From the NCBI GenBank assembly GCA_003345555.1, contig PRDJ01000023.1, positions 1 to 5,356 of the forward strand: a stretch of DNA of 5,356 bases, read 5' to 3'. The notes beneath the pieces are model-generated. The model saw nothing but the letters and a program-made list of their open reading frames with translations, had not been told where the DNA came from and ran no database searches. The translations under genes and the position numbers were made by a program. This document shows positions 1 to 5,356 of this stretch, piece after piece (within the stretch, counting starts at the first letter, position 1; each line of letters begins with the position of its first letter). The stretch is from Candidatus Thorarchaeota archaeon (GTDB lineage: Archaea > Asgardarchaeota > Thorarchaeia > Thorarchaeales > Thorarchaeaceae).

Positions 1-780
1 CGCGTTGACCCCGATACGGGTGAAATGCTATTGTCGGGAGCAGGCGAGCTACACGTGGAGGTCACCGTGGAGAAGCTGGCCAGAGAGGGTATCGATGTCG
101 TGCTCGGCAAGCCTATGGTCCTGCTGAGGGAACAGATGACAACAGATGGAACAACCTGCACAGCAGGCGGAGGCAAAGTGAGTCAATTCTCTGTGAAAGC
201 GGTAATAACACCAGATGAAGAGACAGTCCGTGGGCTCGGCTCAGTGCTTGACTCCGACACACGATCAGGATGCTATCTCGTGGATGCAACAAGAACGGTC
301 AATCCATTCAGAGACGAGGCTGAACCGATTCATGAGGCATTCAGCGCCCTAGTCGAAAGTGGTCCTGTATCGGGGGAACGCTTGCGCAAGATAACCATCA
401 TAATAGAGCAATTGGGATTGCGCGTCGAATCGCCAGAGACCTCTTGGCGCGATGTCACACAGCCGCTTCTTGATGCTGCACGAAAGTCCATGATGACAGG
501 AAAGCCAATCGTTCTTGAGCCATGGATACACCTTGAGATAAGTACACCCGAAGAACACGTGGGAACAATAACGGCGATAGTATCGAAGCGCCAAGGCAGA
601 GTCCTAGAGATAGATTCTGAAAGAACCCTGTATCGAGTTCGTGCTGAAATCCCCGTCAGAGAGTCATTCGGGCTTGCCACCGAGATAAGGACATCAACGT
701 CAGGCTGGGCGACTTGGGGAGCGAGAGCTGGTGGATATCGCAGAGTGGGTGCATCAGCAAACGAGCAGACGTTCACTTAG
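1..780 (+). CDS. Divergent translation elongation factor 2 homolog (aEF-2 paralog-like), C-terminal domains III-V; 5'-truncated by the window edge
   Basis: Frame 1 is open from base 1 (RVDPDTGE-MLLSGAGELHVE), matching the EF-2/EF-G domain III motif (ETGE..LSG[MA]GELHLE). So the ATG at 25 is internal. The domain IV/V motifs SGPVSGE, LEP..LEISTPEEHVG, SKRQGRV, AEIPVRESFGLATEIRTSTSG and GY are present. Stop TAG at 778-780. Confidence 0.92.
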   Translation, partial: RVDPDTGEMLLSGAGELHVEVTVEKLAREGIDVVLGKPMVLLREQMTTDGTTCTAGGGKVSQFSVKAVITPDEETVRGLGSVLDSDTRSGCYLVDATRTVNPFRDEAEPIHEAFSALVESGPVSGERLRKITIIIEQLGLRVESPETSWRDVTQPLLDAARKSMMTGKPIVLEPWIHLEISTPEEHVGTITAIVSKRQGRVLEIDSERTLYRVRAEIPVRESFGLATEIRTSTSGWATWGARAGGYRRVGASANEQTFT

Positions 781-781
781 A

Positions 782-3085
782 TCAGGTTCGAAGGTAGAAC
801 CGTCTGTTCATCTCCTCTCCTAGAAAAGCGACCACCCTTCTGTCGACCATCGCTACACTGTCCATCATGAGGAATGTGCGAGTAATGTTCGAGAATATGG
901 CATTCAGGTACGGCAGCGCCTTGGAGAGTTCAGATTGCTCTGTCATCTGAAGATATGAGTCAGTAATCTTCGTTAGGTTCATCCAATCCTCTGCGAGAAT
1001 GAAACTGTACTGACCTTCAGCAGAGGCTTCTGGCACAGATGGATACTTCGACCGGTCTATCACCGGCCCGTACTGCTTTTCAAGAGCAGCTGCGAATCTT
1101 AGCAGAACTCCCGAGAAGGAACTCGACGTCGCACGAATGAACTCCGAGGCCTCTTCGAATGGTGAGTCGGTGCTCTCCACTTTCTTTAGAGACACGGCGG
1201 CTTCGTAAAGTCCGGATGCGAGTTCGGAGAAGCTCTTGTGCTCGTAGAACTGCCTTATTGTTTGGGCTAACTGCGTCTGGGCTTCCCAATACTGAGCGAG
1301 GAGAGGATCAGCAAGGCGTACCATGTCATCTATCGGCGATAGGACTCTCAGTCCTGACTCCGGACTGACTGCTGGCGCGTTGAGCTTGGCAGTCGCGAGT
1401 CCCATCATAACGCTGGCAATCCCTGAGAGGTCAGATCGGTCCTCGATGATTCTTCTAGCCCGACGCGATAACTGAGTCCAAGACGAACTCACATATGGAA
1501 TAACAAGGCTTGCGCCCTGAATGAAGACGTTGTCATCACTGGGCGTAGCATCTGACAGCATCTTGTCCACATCATCAAGCAGACGAAGAAGTCGGGCGGG
1601 CATGGTCGTTCCGTGGCGCAGGCTGAGCCAGATGATATTGAAAGCTGCAATAGCGATCTCGGTGTAGGCACGACGATCCGTCGGCGACAGTCTGATGTAC
1701 TGGGCAAGCGCTTCTCTGAGCTGCTCTTCGGCATCGGCGTTCGATTCGTTTGAGGACCGCATAAGTGACAGTGCAAGACCCGCTCGACTGCTTATGAGCT
1801 CCAATTCTGAAATGCCCGCCTTGGCCAACAGATCTTCTCTTGCCTTGATAGCACGCTTGAATGCCTCTATGCCTACGTTCCAGAACTCGTTTGAGTCAGT
1901 AGAGAGACATATCCACCCGAGGGCGTGATCACATCTCGAAGCTTCTGGGCCGCAATCGAAGCCAGACTTCTCAAGGTTCTCAACAATGGACTTGGCTCCT
2001 TGAAGATAGCTGATGGCACGTTCAACACTAGCATGATCACCGAGCAGACCGTGTGCCAAGCCCAACGCCGCTAGGCACTTGTAGTGAAAGAACGACTGGT
2101 TTGCATTCATATCATGGAGAATCTGATATTCATCGGAGGCATCCCGTAGCCACCCAACTGCTTGGGGTACTGCCTCGCGCCAACCGGTCACCAAGATGTT
2201 GGACCCGATGTCAAGTAGTACCAGAGCCAAGTCAGAGCCGGTCCAAATTCCTGATTGTGTGCCCTCCTTGTACAATCTCGCAGCCTTGTCTGCAAGAATG
2301 CGTGCCGCCTCATAGGGAACGCCATCATCTCTTGTGTCATTTAGACTCAGCTGTAGAGCGGTCTGTGCGAGCCGTCTGGAGTCTTCACTCAACCGCGCTT
2401 TCCTATCTATTTCTTCAAGCATCTTTCGCGTCTCTTCGTACATTCCTAGCTCTGTGAGAGCACAGGCTTCATCAAATGCAATCTCATCTGCAAGAGACTC
2501 GAGCTTCATCTGGCGAGCCATAGCCAAGAGACGGTTCAGAAGCGCTTCTGCACAGTCAAAGAGTGCAGCATTCACAAGGTTGTATGTTAGATAGTGCACC
2601 TCATGGAGTGCAAGGATACTCGCCGGCTCATGGAATCGATTGAAAATCGCTTCAAGGGTTAGAAGTATCTCGTCTGTCAGAAAGGTGACAAGAGGGCGGA
2701 GATTGAGCCGGAGAGCCGTCTCCGTCGCCTGAGTGAGCTCTCCGAGCACATCAAGCAGCTGCGGCAATGCCTTCAGGTCGGGCAGGAGTTCTGATTCTGC
2801 TCGTCTGTACCCGCTTGTGTATCTGGTATCGAGCAGCATCACGAGCTCTGGCATGATTGGGTCTTGGCCGAATGAAAGCCGTACTGTCAGCTCCGTGAAT
2901 TTCGTGCTTGCGAGGCCCGGTCGTCTGAGTATGATTTCTTCGACCGCTCTTGCAAGACCGTATAGAGTCTCAGCATTGTCAGGGTCAGATGCGCCGGCGT
3001 TCTGAATTGCTGAAAGAGCATCATCGAGGGAGAGAGATGCACACAGGATGTCTCTCAGGGTGACCTGAACCAGCGAACCCACCAT
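782..3085 (-). CDS. Large alpha-helical, TPR-like repeat protein of unknown function (~767 aa)
   Basis: Uninterrupted 2.3-kb ORF, Ala/Leu/Glu-rich. It has several TPR-like helix pairs (FDEACALTELGMYEETRKMLEE; LAALGLAHGLLGDHASVERAISYLQGAKSI; DHALGWICL...GIEAFKRAIKA; AGLALSLM...AEEQLREALA). ATG at 3085 is preferred over GTG at 3091 because GGAGTG lies just upstream of the ATG. Stop TGA at 782-784. Confidence is high that it is coding; the TPR call is moderate. Confidence 0.8.
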   Translation of the reverse strand: MVGSLVQVTLRDILCASLSLDDALSAIQNAGASDPDNAETLYGLARAVEEIILRRPGLASTKFTELTVRLSFGQDPIMPELVMLLDTRYTSGYRRAESELLPDLKALPQLLDVLGELTQATETALRLNLRPLVTFLTDEILLTLEAIFNRFHEPASILALHEVHYLTYNLVNAALFDCAEALLNRLLAMARQMKLESLADEIAFDEACALTELGMYEETRKMLEEIDRKARLSEDSRRLAQTALQLSLNDTRDDGVPYEAARILADKAARLYKEGTQSGIWTGSDLALVLLDIGSNILVTGWREAVPQAVGWLRDASDEYQILHDMNANQSFFHYKCLAALGLAHGLLGDHASVERAISYLQGAKSIVENLEKSGFDCGPEASRCDHALGWICLSTDSNEFWNVGIEAFKRAIKAREDLLAKAGISELELISSRAGLALSLMRSSNESNADAEEQLREALAQYIRLSPTDRRAYTEIAIAAFNIIWLSLRHGTTMPARLLRLLDDVDKMLSDATPSDDNVFIQGASLVIPYVSSSWTQLSRRARRIIEDRSDLSGIASVMMGLATAKLNAPAVSPESGLRVLSPIDDMVRLADPLLAQYWEAQTQLAQTIRQFYEHKSFSELASGLYEAAVSLKKVESTDSPFEEASEFIRATSSSFSGVLLRFAAALEKQYGPVIDRSKYPSVPEASAEGQYSFILAEDWMNLTKITDSYLQMTEQSELSKALPYLNAIFSNITRTFLMMDSVAMVDRRVVAFLGEEMNRRFYLRT

Positions 3086-3094
3086 AGCCACTCC
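3086..3094 (-). promoter_or_regulatory. Putative Shine-Dalgarno (GGAGTG) for the helical-repeat gene
   Basis: The minus strand reads ctgagcGGAGTGgctATG, similar to the archaeal SD core GGAGGTG. Confidence 0.45.
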
Positions 3095-3127
3095 GCTCAG
3101 TCGTTGGTTTCTTCGTGATGAGTTCGG

Positions 3128-3140
3128 TTAAAAGCTTTGA
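3128..3140 (-). promoter_or_regulatory. Putative archaeal BRE/TATA promoter for the helical-repeat gene
   Basis: The minus strand reads tCAAAGC-TTTTAA-cc. The TTTTAA box (3133-3128) follows an A-rich BRE-like segment and ends 42 nt upstream of ATG 3085, within the 58-nt intergenic gap. Confidence 0.5.
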
Positions 3141-3143
3141 CAG

Positions 3144-3914
3144 TTATCCACTGACGAAAGGTCTCCATGCCCTAGAGGCCTCAGTTCCTCTCATCCGCTC
3201 CAGACTAACATAGTAGACTGGTTCAGCACCTGTGTCATCCATCTTGAACTTAAGTACTGAGTCAGTCAGGTAGGAGTAGGTTGCGTAGGTCTTTTCGTCG
3301 TGTACACCCTCCTCTAACACGAACATGATGCTATGTGAAATCTGTGTCACCCTGCCGCTGAGCCGCTGAATCGACCGTGGCAATGTCTCGGGACTCGAAT
3401 GAAGTATGAAAGTGGAGAGGCTATCAATCACTACTCTAGCACACACGAGCTTCTCAAGAGCTTCGGAAAGAACAATCCCCAGCTCTGTTATATCGTCTAT
3501 TTTCGATAACGAGTAAGCGGCCGTGGTCTTGGGTGCGCCCATACGCTCTGAATATGCATCAATGAACTTGAAGTAGCCTGCCTTCTCGCATGCTTCGATA
3601 GGCCACCCGTGCCTGCTCATGTCATTCCTGATCACCCTTGGCGACACATCCGTAGTGATGAAAACAGCAGGGAAGCCAAGGTTCAGCCCTTCTGCCAAGA
3701 ACGCCTCTGCGTAAGTTGTCTTACCGGATCCAAGGGGACCCACCAGCATGTACGATAGCTGGGTCAATTGGCCAAACTGCACCATGTCGCCTATCATGGG
3801 GTGAACGTTTACGGGGCGGCCTAGACAAGGTCCCACGATGCTCTTTTGAGCTTCTGGCACTGGGCTCTTGCGTGTACCTGCTTTCTTTCGTGTGGGTTGA
3901 GTTGGCCTCTTCAT
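3144..3914 (-). CDS. KaiC/RAD55-family (RecA superfamily) single-domain ATPase, CII-like and divergent
   Basis: Walker A GPLGSGKT (aa 59-66), FIDAYS, Walker B VVIDSLS (aa 161-167), SYLTDSV, and an Arg-finger-region motif ERMRGT. The usual TxEE motif is replaced by TTDV. It has a basic N-terminal extension of ~30 aa. ATG at 3914, TAA at 3144-3146. Confidence 0.88.
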   Translation of the reverse strand: MKRPTQPTRKKAGTRKSPVPEAQKSIVGPCLGRPVNVHPMIGDMVQFGQLTQLSYMLVGPLGSGKTTYAEAFLAEGLNLGFPAVFITTDVSPRVIRNDMSRHGWPIEACEKAGYFKFIDAYSERMGAPKTTAAYSLSKIDDITELGIVLSEALEKLVCARVVIDSLSTFILHSSPETLPRSIQRLSGRVTQISHSIMFVLEEGVHDEKTYATYSYLTDSVLKFKMDDTGAEPVYYVSLERMRGTEASRAWRPFVSG

Positions 3915-3938
3915 GACCTATGCTTCCGTTTCTAGATG

Positions 3939-4685
3939 CTAGTGGCCCGGAGTGATTTCACCTGGCCAGACTCGTATTCCCTCATCAGTGATTCTCATAG
4001 AATGAATGCGTGAACTGTGTTTCGAGCCCCTAAGCTTCAGGACTTCGATAGAACGTGACCTAGATGTGTCACTGATTTTCTCATTGTAGAGAACGATGAC
4101 GCCTGATGCAAGGAAAGCTTCAATGTCAAAGACACCGAGCCCTGTATCCTGTGCGGGTATCTCACTAGTCAGGAGCAGTGTGCAGCCAGCCCGTGAGATC
4201 GAAGCACAGAGCTTGAAGAATTCCTCCCGAAGGATATCACGACTCCTGAACTTGTATGCCATAATCGACAGCGTGTCAATGACGACCCTTTTTGCATTGA
4301 GCCTCTTAACGTGGTTCAAGATGATTGCCTCAAGACCAGAAAGGTCAAAGCTGGGGTATTCCCCTACTGTAACCGGCGTAACTTCCTTTGACGGCGATAA
4401 GTCGACTATCGCTAGTCTGCCGGCTCGCTCCAGTTGGGCAAGGTCCATTCCGAACCTGAGCATGTTTCGTCGGATTAGGTGAGGCGGCTCCTCCAAAGTC
4501 ACCAACACGCCGGACTCATTATAGAGCGTTGCACCCTTAAACAGAAACTGGATTGCAAGGATGCTCTTCCCTGTGCCCGCCTTCCCTGCGATGAGAATCG
4601 TATCACCTCTGGGAAAGCCTCCCTCTATCAGCTCATCCAAGCCGGGAATACCGGTCTTAACGCGCTCAATGGTAAACTCGCTCAT
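3939..4685 (-). CDS. kaiC: KaiC-family single-domain ATPase, CI-like
   Basis: RVKTGIPGLDELIEGGFP, Walker A GKAGTGKS, catalytic VTLEE, FDLSGL, Walker B VVIDTLS, EAFLASGVIVL and EVLKLRGSKH..RITDEGI all match the KaiC domain. The symbol denotes family membership only; clock function is not demonstrated. Confidence 0.93.
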   Translation of the reverse strand: MSEFTIERVKTGIPGLDELIEGGFPRGDTILIAGKAGTGKSILAIQFLFKGATLYNESGVLVTLEEPPHLIRRNMLRFGMDLAQLERAGRLAIVDLSPSKEVTPVTVGEYPSFDLSGLEAIILNHVKRLNAKRVVIDTLSIMAYKFRSRDILREEFFKLCASISRAGCTLLLTSEIPAQDTGLGVFDIEAFLASGVIVLYNEKISDTSRSRSIEVLKLRGSKHSSRIHSMRITDEGIRVWPGEITPGH

Positions 4686-5014
4686 TCTGCTGCACCTTTC
4701 TTCTTTGTCACCTTAGCCCCAAGAATCATCTTGAGGAGCATCTCAGGCTCTGGTATGCCAGTGATTGAAACCCCTCCGATCATAACAGTCGGCAGAGCAA
4801 AGATTCCGTACTTCTCTGCGGCCTCGGGGCTCTCAGTCACGTTGATTACTGTAAACTTGAATACTGAGGCATCGAAGTCCTCAATAGTTTCTCGTATCAC
4901 CTCCTCGGCTCTTGGACAGAACACGCACGCATCTGACTTGAAGAGGAAAATCTCTATTATTGTTGGTTCCTCTGCCTCTTCAACCTTTGCGGCTCTCTCT
5001 CTTTTCTTTGGCAA
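4682..5014 (-). CDS. Thioredoxin/glutaredoxin-fold protein with CxxC (CVFC); KaiB/SasA-type fold relative
   Basis: IEIFLFKSDA-CVFC-PRAEEV, INVTESPEAAEKYGIFA-LPT-V (cis-Pro motif) and ITGIPEPEML give a full Trx fold. Start is placed at TTG 5014 (MPKKRERAAK..., 110 aa) because AGGAG lies 10 nt upstream. The ORF track start is GTG 5071. The stop overlaps the kaiC start as ATGA at 4682-4685. Confidence 0.85.
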   Translation of the reverse strand: MPKKRERAAKVEEAEEPTIIEIFLFKSDACVFCPRAEEVIRETIEDFDASVFKFTVINVTESPEAAEKYGIFALPTVMIGGVSITGIPEPEMLLKMILGAKVTKKKGAAE

Positions 5015-5024
5015 AAAGGATATG

Positions 5025-5029
5025 CTCCT
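5025..5029 (-). promoter_or_regulatory. Putative Shine-Dalgarno AGGAG for the thioredoxin-fold gene
   Basis: The minus strand reads ttcAGGAGcatatcctttTTGccaaag. Confidence 0.4.
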
Positions 5030-5112
5030 GAACCGAGGGAATGGCAAAGAGAGAATCCTCTTGCCTGTCACTTGAAGCTTTTGTAGGTGTTACCTAGATA
5101 TTGGAGCTGACG

Positions 5113-5356
5113 CTATGCTCTCCGACGCATTAGTGCTCTAATCTTTGTGGCTGCTTTACCTAAAGCTCTTGAGTGATATCTCACGTTGCGGTCCATAATG
5201 GCGGCCAGAATGATTGGCTGTTCCTTGCCAGACGATATCTTCCTGAATACGGCTTTTCCGCCGGCACAGCGGACAGAGATATCCTTGAGTTCACCCAGTC
5301 CGAGCTCATTCCGCATCCTCTCGACGGAGGAGGCTACGTAGCCGGACATCGCTGCC
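5113..5356 (-). CDS. Roadblock/LC7 (MglB/LAMTOR-like) domain protein; 5'-truncated by the window edge
   Basis: The frame stays open past ATG 5349 to the edge (A-A-M-S-G...). AAMSG..ASSVERMRNELGLGELKDISVRCAGGKAVFRKI....ILAAIMD..V fits the Roadblock pattern (AAMS helix, ELGLGEL, beta hairpins, C-terminal helix). Stop TAG at 5113-5115. Confidence 0.82.
   Translation of the reverse strand, partial: AAMSGYVASSVERMRNELGLGELKDISVRCAGGKAVFRKISSGKEQPIILAAIMDRNVRYHSRALGKAATKIRALMRRRA

Noticed and set aside
25-27. ATG 25 as the start of a stand-alone 251-aa protein, and ATG 5349 as the Roadblock start
   Set aside because: Both frames stay open to the window edge with continuing homology, so these are internal Met codons.
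37-60. GAGELHVE matching the eukaryotic eEF2 form (GAGELH) rather than archaeal GMGELH
   Set aside because: A single-residue match in a very divergent paralog is not enough to infer eukaryotic affinity.
330-776. 148-aa minus-strand ORF, plus the 81-aa ORF at 349-594
   Set aside because: Both are antisense shadows of the clearly coding EF-2 homolog and have no recognisable motifs.
785-801. GGTTC-N7-GAACC hairpin just after the EF-2 stop as a terminator
   Set aside because: The stem is only 5 bp, has no U-tract and lies inside the opposing CDS; this is expected by chance.
1080-3005. Several 69-134 aa alternative-frame or antisense ORFs inside the large helical gene
   Set aside because: They are fully nested, have Ser/Arg-rich composition typical of off-frame translation, and show no RBS or domain signal.
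3144-4685. Calling the ATPases RadA/RadB repair recombinases, FlaH, or a proven circadian clock
   Set aside because: The motifs (TLEE, KLRG, ITDEG) are KaiC-type, and no archaellum or repair genes are adjacent. Oscillator function cannot be shown from sequence.
5015-5071. N-terminal 19 codons of the Trx ORF from GTG 5071
   Set aside because: There is no SD before the GTG, whereas TTG 5014 has AGGAG upstream and gives a natural MPKK start. The longer start is disfavoured but not excluded.
3716-5075. Plus-strand ORFs 3716-3916, 4096-4482 and 4479-5075
   Set aside because: They are antisense to the well-supported KaiC and Trx genes. Their chained appearance is explained by codon structure on the coding strand.
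1-5356. CRISPR arrays, tRNA/rRNA genes, IS elements, long direct repeats
   Set aside because: None were seen. The window is almost fully protein-coding, with intergenic gaps under 100 nt.

Overview
Archaeal window, most likely Asgard; the lineage is inferred from a degenerate EF-2 paralog plus a Roadblock/LC7 gene. The + strand carries the 3' part of a highly divergent EF-2 homolog (domains III-V), open at the left edge and lacking the diphthamide His motif. Converging on it is a co-oriented minus-strand cluster. In transcription order it reads: Roadblock/LC7 protein (cut by the right edge), CxxC thioredoxin-fold protein, single-domain KaiC ATPase resembling the CI half of cyanobacterial KaiC, second single-domain KaiC ATPase resembling the CII half, and a ~767-aa alpha-helical/TPR-like protein of unknown function. 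The most notable signal is that the Trx + KaiC + KaiC triplet looks like a 'split' kaiB-kaiC(CI)-kaiC(CII) module with a redox-type CxxC, flanked by a Roadblock protein and a TPR scaffold. No RNA genes, mobile elements, CRISPR arrays or long repeats were seen. All family assignments come from motif recognition and by-eye comparison with remembered reference sequences, not from database searches.
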